Part shown: one piece after another, positions 37,169 to 49,050 of the stretch
Position numbering within the stretch: the first letter of the stretch is position 1
Layout: each line of letters opens with the position of its first letter
NCBI GenBank assembly: GCA_963745405.1
Contig: CAVUWY010000002.1
Coordinates: forward strand, 533,013 to 597,012
DNA from: an uncultured Chloroflexia bacterium
Lineage (GTDB): Bacteria; Chloroflexota; Limnocylindria; Limnocylindrales; CSP1-4
Direction of reading: 5' to 3'
DNA: 64,000 nt
Made by a program: the position numbers and the translations under genes
Notes under the pieces: generated by a model
What the model was told of the DNA's origin: nothing
The model's input: only the letters and a program-made list of their open reading frames with translations
Database searches by the model: none

Positions 37169-37984
37169 ATGCGACCGCCGCGGGAACAGGTGATCTGGGG
37201 GCTGCTCGGGGCGGCCGCCGCGGCCTGGTTCGCGGTCTGGATGCTGTTCTTCCCCGACTACGTCCCGAAGTTCTTCGCGTGGGACGCGGAGGGTCGCTAC
37301 GCCCAGGCGTTCATCGGCGCCGGCTACATCTTCCGGACCGCGTTCTTCCTCAACGTCGCCCGCGAGGGCAACTGGGTCCGGTTGCGCTGGATCGTGTGGG
37401 GCAATCTGGTGTTCACCGGGACCCTGCTGTTCGCGACCTACTGGCACCTCAGCGAGTTCCACTGGAACCCGCTCCAGACACCGCTGGCGCACATCTGGAT
37501 CGTGCTCTACATCTTCGAACCGATCGTCATGATCTATCTCATTCCACGCGGCATCCTCCGGGTCGAGGCGCCGCCGACCGGCGGTCCGCTCCACCGACTT
37601 TTCAAGCCCTTTCTCGTCTTCGTGACCGGGATCCTGCTGATGAACGGGCTGCTGATCGTGGTCAACCCGGAGTTCGCCGCGACGCGCTGGGCATGGCAAC
37701 TCAATCCGCTCGATTCCCGCATCGTCGGCGCCTGGTTCCTCGGTTGGGCCTTCTGGTGCGGCACCATGGCGTTCGCGCTCGACTGGGACGAGATCCGGCG
37801 CGCGTCCCAGCTTTTCATCCTCAACGGCGTCGCCCTGCTCGCGACGGCGTTCTTCTTCCGCGACGACTTCTTGCCCGGCCGCGGCACGCCGTTTGGCTAT
37901 GTCGGCGGATTGCTCGCGCTCACGGTCATCATGGTCGCCTTCTACCTGATCCAGGAACGCCGGCGGCCGACCCCCTACGCCTGA
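37169..37984 (+). CDS. Trp-rich polytopic membrane protein, unknown function
   Basis: GGGAGGGG then ATG 37169. 271 aa with about 8 hydrophobic spans. The upstream part of ORF 37076.. is Arg-rich junk. Confidence 0.6.
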   Translation: MRPPREQVIWGLLGAAAAAWFAVWMLFFPDYVPKFFAWDAEGRYAQAFIGAGYIFRTAFFLNVAREGNWVRLRWIVWGNLVFTGTLLFATYWHLSEFHWNPLQTPLAHIWIVLYIFEPIVMIYLIPRGILRVEAPPTGGPLHRLFKPFLVFVTGILLMNGLLIVVNPEFAATRWAWQLNPLDSRIVGAWFLGWAFWCGTMAFALDWDEIRRASQLFILNGVALLATAFFFRDDFLPGRGTPFGYVGGLLALTVIMVAFYLIQERRRPTPYA

Positions 37985-38865
37985 CCGCCCATCCCGGCGG
38001 CGAGCCACGCCTCGAGCGCGGCCGCGATGTCGTCCGGGGCGTCCTCGTCGATGAACTGGCCCACGTGGTGGAGGATGACCGTCGGGGCGGCCGGGAACAG
38101 GGCCTGCCAGCGCGCCAGCTCGGCGTCGCCGAAGCCGGGGTCGGAATCCGGCCAGATCACGATGGCGGGCTTGTCGCTGAGCCTGGGCAGGTTCGCCTCG
38201 ACCTCGCTCAGGTAGGCGCGCCCGCGCACGATCTCGCGTGGGAAGACGCGCATGATCGACCGCTTTGCGGGCGGAAAGGGGCCGTCGTAAGCTGCCCGTT
38301 CGGCGTCCGTCAGACGGCCACGCTTGAGGTTGAACGGCAGGTACAGACGGAGCATCAGGTTGAGCCGATCGACGAGCAGCGGACTGAGCGGGCCGCCCAT
38401 GAGCGCCGAGAACAGGCGGACCCGAAGTCGATCGTCCGGCCAGGCCCAAGTGTTGGACAACACGAGGCCCCGCACCAGCTCCGGCCGGCGACCGGCAAGA
38501 CCCAGGCCGATCGGCCCGCCCCAGGCATAGCCGAAGACGACGATCCCCTCCAGCCCGAGCTGGTCGACGAGCGCTTCCACCACCTTCGACTGTGAGCGTG
38601 GCTTGAAGTCGTAGCCGTCGGCCGCGCGCGACAGGCCGAACCCCGGGTAGTCCGGGGCGACGCAGCGGAACGTCCCACGCAGAGCGAGGATCACGTCGCG
38701 CCACCCGAACGACCAGCTCGGATTGCCGTTCAGCAGCAGGAGCGGCGGACCCTCACCTTCGTCGACGTAGTGGACGAGGTGGCCGTCGATATCGGCCCAG
38801 CGATCGTCGAACGGATACAGATCGGCCGGGACCCAGGCCGGGCGATCGGGTCTCACCGAGGACAT
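37975..38865 (-). CDS. alpha/beta-hydrolase fold protein, haloalkane-dehalogenase-like, nucleophile position Ala
   Basis: LLLLNGNPSWSFGWRDV...CVAPDYPGFGLS...IVVFGYAWGGPIG...HHVGQFIDEDAPD aligns with the HGNP...HDWGS...HxxQED pattern of dehalogenases, but the elbow reads Y-A-W-G (GCC 38524..38526). Confidence 0.8.
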   Translation of the reverse strand: MSSVRPDRPAWVPADLYPFDDRWADIDGHLVHYVDEGEGPPLLLLNGNPSWSFGWRDVILALRGTFRCVAPDYPGFGLSRAADGYDFKPRSQSKVVEALVDQLGLEGIVVFGYAWGGPIGLGLAGRRPELVRGLVLSNTWAWPDDRLRVRLFSALMGGPLSPLLVDRLNLMLRLYLPFNLKRGRLTDAERAAYDGPFPPAKRSIMRVFPREIVRGRAYLSEVEANLPRLSDKPAIVIWPDSDPGFGDAELARWQALFPAAPTVILHHVGQFIDEDAPDDIAAALEAWLAAGMGGQA

Positions 38866-38866
38866 C

Positions 38867-40282
38867 TCAGGCGACCGTGCCGGCGTGCCAGCGCGCGAAA
38901 TGCTCGGCGTGGGCCCGGGTGTATGCGCCCGGCTGGTAGAAGCGATCGTAGAAGGCCGTGTCGATGTGATGCGCCTGGAAGGCCATCAGGGTCCGGATCG
39001 GCCCGAAGTTCGCAGGGAACTGGCCGTAATGCTTCATCACGTACTCGCAGTACGCGATGACCGCCTCGATGTTCGCCTCGCTGTATGGCGGGATCGTCGC
39101 CTGGATGGCGGCCGGATCGCGCCACGCACTCGGCTTCGAGGCGTCCCGGAAGAACCCGGTGCCCGGTGCGAACTTGTAGTCGACGAACGCCCGCACGGCG
39201 GCCTCCATGGTCGGATAGTAGGGCGGCGCGAACGGTTTGATGATCGTCCGACCGTCGTGGTCGAGGCCGATGGCCTGGGGGATCGTCACGTTCTTCTTGA
39301 GCAGCCGCATCAGCAGCGTGCCGAAGAACCCCTTGTGGAGGACCTGGGCGAACGTCCGGTCGCGCATCCGGCAGCCGAGCGACCGGTTCCAGGCGAACCG
39401 ATGTGCGGCGTAATGCGGGAACCCGCCAAGGCCGAGGGCCTCCGTCGCGAGCGCGATGTTCTGGACCATGAGCCCCTGTTCGAACCCACAGATCTCCAGC
39501 AGGTACGTCTCGATCTCGTCGATGGTCCCGACTCGTCCGTCGTGCACGTCGTCGAACAGATGGCCGCCCTTCGACCTGGCGAACTGTCCGATCCCGGCGG
39601 GCCGCAGCCACGGATCCTTGTCGTCGTGGAAGAAGAAAGCGAACTGTTCGCCGAGGGCGGCGAACAGGATGGTCAGATACAGCGCGGTCACTTCCGTCAC
39701 CGGGACGAAGTAGGTCGCGCCGGGTAGGTTCGCGGACCACTTGTTGAACGGCGGCGTGAACGGCAATTCGCGCGGGATCTCGAGGCGGTGGTCGGCCAGC
39801 CGGATCCGCATCCGCTGGTATACGTCGGTGAAGCGGCCTTCCCGGCCCATCCCGACGAGCGTCCCGAACTCGTCGGACGGCAGGTCCTGCGGCCGGGGCA
39901 TCAGGTACGTCCCGTCGTCGGTCATGATCGCCAGCGTCACTGTCGCCACCGCGTCCGCGCTCGATTGCGTCCGTCCGACCATGCTCATCATGATCTGGCC
40001 GCCGCCCGTTTCCGGGCCGGCGGCGGGCACGTACGGTAGCTCCCCGTTGACGGGCCCTGTGACGCCGGAGGCGGCGAAGGCGAGGATCGCCTGTTCATCG
40101 ACGCTCAATGGGACGGCCGCCGCCGCGCTCTTGTACGACAGGCCGCCGCCCTCCAGATCGTCGCCGAGCGCGAACCGCCGGCTGCGCCGGGTGATAAACG
40201 TGTCGATCAGCGAATGACCGGCCAGCTCGGCCGCGCCGGTCGCCGACGGGTCTCGCGTGGACCGCGGGTCGGACGTCTGCAT
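38867..40282 (-). CDS. nitroreductase-superfamily-like protein with long C-terminal extension, function unknown
   Basis: ORF 471 aa with N-terminal FITRRSRRFA and later EICGFEQGLMVQNIALATEALGLGGFPHY, resembling nitroreductase/SagB-type folds. The stop is separated by 1 nt from the downstream hydrolase ATG. Confidence 0.55.
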   Translation of the reverse strand: MQTSDPRSTRDPSATGAAELAGHSLIDTFITRRSRRFALGDDLEGGGLSYKSAAAAVPLSVDEQAILAFAASGVTGPVNGELPYVPAAGPETGGGQIMMSMVGRTQSSADAVATVTLAIMTDDGTYLMPRPQDLPSDEFGTLVGMGREGRFTDVYQRMRIRLADHRLEIPRELPFTPPFNKWSANLPGATYFVPVTEVTALYLTILFAALGEQFAFFFHDDKDPWLRPAGIGQFARSKGGHLFDDVHDGRVGTIDEIETYLLEICGFEQGLMVQNIALATEALGLGGFPHYAAHRFAWNRSLGCRMRDRTFAQVLHKGFFGTLLMRLLKKNVTIPQAIGLDHDGRTIIKPFAPPYYPTMEAAVRAFVDYKFAPGTGFFRDASKPSAWRDPAAIQATIPPYSEANIEAVIAYCEYVMKHYGQFPANFGPIRTLMAFQAHHIDTAFYDRFYQPGAYTRAHAEHFARWHAGTVA

Positions 40283-40468
40283 CTCGCTGCCCTCCCAGAC
40301 GGGACGACCCTGCCAACGATCCGGGCCGCCGAGAAGGCCAACGTAGCCGACCGGCGTCTCGACGCCACCTCGGACTCGGAGGCCGCCGTCTCATGTCGAC
40401 TGCAGACCCTCAGGGATCTCCTCGAGTCGGACTCGGATAGCGAGCCAGGCGCCTGGGTTCGACAGCCC

Positions 40469-41410
40469 TCACACGGTGATCGCGCTGAGGAGCGCCACGC
40501 CGGCGATCACCATGACGACGCCGACCACCTGACGACGGTCGAGGCGCTCCCCGAAGAGGAGGTAGGCGCCGACGACCGAGATCGTCGCGAACTGGGCGCC
40601 GAGGACCGCCGCGACGGCGATGCCCTCCTGGGCCGCGATCGTGTAGAGCGCCGTGCCGACGACCTCGCCGATACCGGCGGCGATGACGAAAGGCAGTGCC
40701 CGCCGAGCCCAACGAAGCCGACCGGTCACGAGGAGCGGCAGCGCTACCAAGACAACGCCGAGGATGCGGGCGACGAAGGAGACCCACATCACCGGCATGC
40801 CGAGTGTCACCGCCCGAGCGGACGTGACGAGGCCGACCGCGAAGACGATCGCCGCGGCGAAGGCGAGGATCGCGGTCCGACGGGTCACCTCCGGTGAGAA
40901 GTCGGGCACGGCGCCCGTGTCGGCGCCGGCGGGACGCTCCCGCGAGGCGAGGATCACCCCGACGGCGATGATCGCGAGGAGCACCGCGGCGGCGGCCCCG
41001 AGCGGCTCGCCGAGGAACACCGCGATGACCGCCGCGAGCGCACCCTCCGTCGAGACCACAGGGGCCGCGATCGTGACCGGGCCGATCCGGAGCGCCCGGT
41101 AGATGAGCGAGAGTCCACCGATGTAGGCGAGCCCGGCGACGACCGAGAGAGTCACGGCGGTGGGGTCGAGGTCGCCATCGGGACGCTGGAGGAGGGCCGG
41201 GACGAAGGCGACGACCGCACCCACGACCATGACCCAGGCCAGGACCGATGATGGGCCGATCATCTTGCTCGAGCGGGATGTCGACATCGTGGCGATGGCC
41301 CAGCACAGCGCGGCCCCGAGGCCACCGACGACGGCGATCACGCCGGGGAGTGTACGGGCGCACTCGGCGGATCCGTCGGTGAGCCGCTCGAGCGGCGCTT
41401 CTGCTACCAT
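40469..41410 (-). CDS. EamA/DMT-family transporter
   Basis: ORF 313 aa, ten hydrophobic spans in two repeated halves. Confidence 0.8.
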   Translation of the reverse strand: MVAEAPLERLTDGSAECARTLPGVIAVVGGLGAALCWAIATMSTSRSSKMIGPSSVLAWVMVVGAVVAFVPALLQRPDGDLDPTAVTLSVVAGLAYIGGLSLIYRALRIGPVTIAAPVVSTEGALAAVIAVFLGEPLGAAAAVLLAIIAVGVILASRERPAGADTGAVPDFSPEVTRRTAILAFAAAIVFAVGLVTSARAVTLGMPVMWVSFVARILGVVLVALPLLVTGRLRWARRALPFVIAAGIGEVVGTALYTIAAQEGIAVAAVLGAQFATISVVGAYLLFGERLDRRQVVGVVMVIAGVALLSAITV

Positions 41411-41479
41411 CCGACGTCGCGCCCGCGCTCACCCCGCGCGAGCCCCCCAGACCAAACACGCCCACCCAGAGGTTGAACC

Positions 41480-42127
41480 TTGGCAACGAAGCCCCGAGGC
41501 TGGACCGGCGCCCGGACGCCGTCGGCCCTCAAGCGCGTCCGGACCGCGGAGCGCCGGGCGGCCGTCAACGGCCCTCGCCGGAGCGAGGCGAAGACGCTCG
41601 TCAACAAGGCCGTCAAGGTCGCCTCCGGCACGATCCCGGGCGATGCGGATCAGGCTCTCATCGACGCGCTGTCGGCGCTCGACAAGGCGGGCCGCAGCGG
41701 AGCGCTGCACAAGAACGCCGTCGCCCGACGCAAGTCGCGCCTGACCCGCAAGGTCAACGCGGCCCTCGGTGGCGAGCACGTCCAGACGGCGGGCAAGCCG
41801 ACCAAGACGACCGGCACCGCCGCAGCCGCCAAGGCCGCCAAGGCCCGGATCGCTGCCGGCAAGTCGGTCAAGGCGAAGGGCGCCCAGACGGCCGCCGGCA
41901 AGGCCCGCGCCGCGCTGTCGAAGTCGGCTCGCGCGGAGGCCGCCGCCGAAGCAGCGGCGAAGGCCGAGGCCGCGACAGCCGCAGCGCCGGCCAAGGCCGC
42001 CGGCTCCAAGGCGGCACCGGCCAGGAAGACCACCGCCGCGAAGCCGGCACCGAAGGCCACCGCCAAGGCCCCGGCCAAGAAGGCCCCGGCGAAGAAGGCC
42101 ACTGCCAAGGCGGCCGACAAGGCCTGA
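41480..42127 (+). CDS. rpsT: 30S ribosomal protein S20 with ~120-aa Ala/Lys/Pro-rich C-terminal tail
   Basis: TTG 41480 after GAGG. ...ARTPSALKRVRTAERRAAVNGPRRSEAKTLVNKAVKV...ALDKAGRSGALHKNAVARRKSRLTRKVNAAL is the S20 core, followed by AKAAKARIAAGKSVKAKGA...KPAPKATAKAPAKKAPAKKATAKAADKA. Confidence 0.8.
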   Translation: MATKPRGWTGARTPSALKRVRTAERRAAVNGPRRSEAKTLVNKAVKVASGTIPGDADQALIDALSALDKAGRSGALHKNAVARRKSRLTRKVNAALGGEHVQTAGKPTKTTGTAAAAKAAKARIAAGKSVKAKGAQTAAGKARAALSKSARAEAAAEAAAKAEAATAAAPAKAAGSKAAPARKTTAAKPAPKATAKAPAKKAPAKKATAKAADKA

Positions 42128-42175
42128 TCCGCGGTCGACCTCCGCGGTCGGCAGCGCTCACGAACCACAACGATC

Positions 42176-42200
42176 AACGCCCGGTCGACGACCGGGCGTT
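42176..42200. terminator. hairpin between convergent rpsT and membrane-protein gene
   Basis: AACGCCCGGTCG-a-CGACCGGGCGTT is a near-perfect 12-bp inverted repeat followed by TTCTCG on the plus strand. Confidence 0.5.
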
Positions 42201-42236
42201 CTCGATCCCCGGCCCGGGCCGGGTCGCTCGCCGCCG

Positions 42237-45435
<3,199 letters not shown>

Positions 45436-45481
45436 GGTTCGTCAGATCCTGTTCGTCTTGCGGTGATCGGCCCGGTGCCGA

Positions 45482-46747
<1,266 letters not shown>

Positions 46748-47770
46748 TCAGCGACCCGCGCCACCTCTGGCCAGCCGGGCATGGACGAGCTCGAGGCCGC
46801 CGACGAGGCCGACGTCGTCCCCGAGCGTCGCCGGCACGATGCGCACCCGGGCCGCCGGGATCCGGAACGCACGATGGGCGACGGCCTCTCGCGCCGGATC
46901 GAGCCACCGATCGCCCTGGCCTCGGGCCAGGCTGCCCCCGACGACGATGAGCTCCGGCGCGAAGACGTCGACGAACGACACCATCGCGGCGGCGAACGCT
47001 CGCCGAGCCTCGGCCATGATCGCGGTCGCCGCCGGGTCGCCGGCTTCCTCGAGCTCGGCCACGTCCCGGGCGGTGATGGGCTGGGGCGCCAGGTCTGCGG
47101 CAGCCGACGCGAGGCCCGGGGCGGTCCCGGCCGCGATCGCGTCCCGAGCGGCCCGGGCGATCGCCACGCCGCTGCTGTAGGCCTCGAGGTGGCCCCGCTC
47201 GCCGCAGTTGCAGGGCGGGCCGTCGAAGTCGACGACGAAGTGGCCGAGCTCGCCGGCCACCCCGTCCGGACCGGTTACGAGGCGACCCTCGCTGAGGATC
47301 GCACCGCCGAGGCCGGTCGAGACCGTGAGGTACAGCGCGTCGCGCGCTCCACGGGCGGCCCCGAACCCAAGCTCGCCGAGCATCGCGACATGAGTGTCGC
47401 GGTCGAGGACCGCCGGAAGGCCGAACGCAGCGCCGATCGGGTCGGCGATCGCGACGTCGTGGAAGGCGACGCCCATGTTCGGCGGTTCGACGAGGCGGCC
47501 ACGATGAGGATCGACCGGTCCCGGCGCGGAGATGCCTATCGCGACGACGCTCGAGGCCAGCGACGAGGGGACCGCCATAAGGACCTGTCTCAGCAGCTCG
47601 ATCGAGTCGTCGAGGACGGCCGTCGGCCCGCCGTCGAGCCGGGTGATCCCGTCGGCCCGCGCCGCCAACGTCCCGTCGTGCTGGACCACGGCAGCCCGGA
47701 TCCGGCTTGCCCCGATATCGAGGGCAAGGACCGGCGCGCGGCCCGCCGGCCTAGCCGACTCGGGCGTCAT
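46748..47770 (-). CDS. ROK-family sugar kinase (glucokinase-like)
   Basis: ATG 47770 within ORF 46748..47899. LALDIGASRIRAAVV...GELGH...CNCGERGHLE (ROK zinc motif). Confidence 0.8.
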   Translation of the reverse strand: MTPESARPAGRAPVLALDIGASRIRAAVVQHDGTLAARADGITRLDGGPTAVLDDSIELLRQVLMAVPSSLASSVVAIGISAPGPVDPHRGRLVEPPNMGVAFHDVAIADPIGAAFGLPAVLDRDTHVAMLGELGFGAARGARDALYLTVSTGLGGAILSEGRLVTGPDGVAGELGHFVVDFDGPPCNCGERGHLEAYSSGVAIARAARDAIAAGTAPGLASAAADLAPQPITARDVAELEEAGDPAATAIMAEARRAFAAAMVSFVDVFAPELIVVGGSLARGQGDRWLDPAREAVAHRAFRIPAARVRIVPATLGDDVGLVGGLELVHARLARGGAGR

Positions 47771-47867
47771 CGTCGGATGGTCATCGTGGATCGAAGACCC
47801 GCCGGACAAGCGACGACCCCCGCCGTCGCCGGCGGGGGTCGCATGCGCTCGGATGTACAGGAAGTCG

Positions 47868-48008
47868 TCAGCCGCCGATCCGGAAGACCTTGCCGCCACA
47901 CTTCGGGCACGTGCCCTGGATAGCCGGCTTGCCGTTCTTCATCGTGATCTTCTGAGCGTTCTGGACTTCGACCTTCTGCTTGTCCTTGACGCAATAGGCT
48001 TCTGCCAT
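47868..48008 (-). CDS. DUF5679-like small zinc-ribbon protein (46 aa)
   Basis: Below the track length cutoff and found by hand. GAGGAGGA, then ATG 48008: MAEAYCVKDKQKVEVQNAQKITMKNGKPAIQGTCPKCGGKVFRIGG, stop TGA 47870..47868. The single N-terminal Cys plus CPxC resembles the DUF5679 pattern. Confidence 0.7.
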   Translation of the reverse strand: MAEAYCVKDKQKVEVQNAQKITMKNGKPAIQGTCPKCGGKVFRIGG

Positions 48009-48067
48009 TCGTCGGGTCCTCCTCTACTCCGCGTCGCGGCGCGAGACACACGTCACGCGTCCGCAGT

Positions 48068-48916
48068 TCACGATCGGTCCCAGAGCGACGGTCGCCAGCG
48101 ATCCGCCGCGGCTGCCTGCCGTTGACGGTCCATGTCGGCGAGGATGCGGAGCCCTTCCAGGCCCGTCTCCACGCACGCCGCCTCGGCTCGGTCCTTTGCC
48201 GCTCCGGCGACGAAATCGCCCGTGGTCCGCTGCGCATACACGGCGCATACGACCCCCGCTCGACTCCGGGCCAGGCCGGCCAACACGAGAAGCGCCGATG
48301 CCTCCATCTCGAAGTTCAGGACGCGCTGGCGCGCCATCTCCTCGGCGAGGTCAGGGTAGCGGATGGGCAGGCTCGGGATGGGGCGCCCTTGCGCCCCGAA
48401 AAACCCCGGTGCCGTCGCCGTTATCCCGACATGCGCGCGGTGGCCGAGCAGATCCGCGGCCTCGACGAGTGCAGCGACCGCCTCATAGTCGGCGACCGCC
48501 GGATACCCGTCGTGGACGAAGAAGCTCGTCGTCGCCTCGAGACGGACGGCGCCGCTCGAGATGACGAGGTCCCCCAGCCCGATCTCCGCTTGGAGCGCGC
48601 CGCAGGACCCCACCCTGATGAAGGTCGGTCGTTCCGTGATCGCCAGTATCTCCGCCACGACGATCTCGACGTTGTCCGTGCCGATGCCGGTCGAGACGAC
48701 CGACACCCGCAGGCCGCGGTACGAGCCCGTCACCGTCACGAACTCCCGGTTGCGACGCTCCAGCTCGATCGAGTCGAGGCGCGTCGCGATACGGGCCGTT
48801 CGGTCGGGGTCGCCGGGGAGGAGGATGTACTCGGCCAGTTCACCCGGGCCGAGTGCTATGTGGTACTGCCGTTCTCCCACTGGGAGGGCGACGCGGTGGT
48901 CCGCGCTCGTCGGCAA
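48068..48916 (-). CDS. PNP/UDP-family nucleoside phosphorylase (uridine phosphorylase-like)
   Basis: TTG 48916 after GGAGAGG. ILLPGDPDRTARIA...VSVVSTGIGTDNVEIVVAEI...RVGSCGAL...NFEMEASALLVLA. Confidence 0.8.
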   Translation of the reverse strand: MPTSADHRVALPVGERQYHIALGPGELAEYILLPGDPDRTARIATRLDSIELERRNREFVTVTGSYRGLRVSVVSTGIGTDNVEIVVAEILAITERPTFIRVGSCGALQAEIGLGDLVISSGAVRLEATTSFFVHDGYPAVADYEAVAALVEAADLLGHRAHVGITATAPGFFGAQGRPIPSLPIRYPDLAEEMARQRVLNFEMEASALLVLAGLARSRAGVVCAVYAQRTTGDFVAGAAKDRAEAACVETGLEGLRILADMDRQRQAAAADRWRPSLWDRS

Positions 48917-49050
48917 GACCTCTCCTCGCTCAACGATGGCGCTTCGCTGGCGCGAAACTCGGGCGAGGATAGCCCCGCGCTCGAACGAGCGTCAACCCGA
49001 GCCGAGCGTGGGCCGTGCTCGGGCGACGCTCCGGGCCGGCCGGTCGGGGC

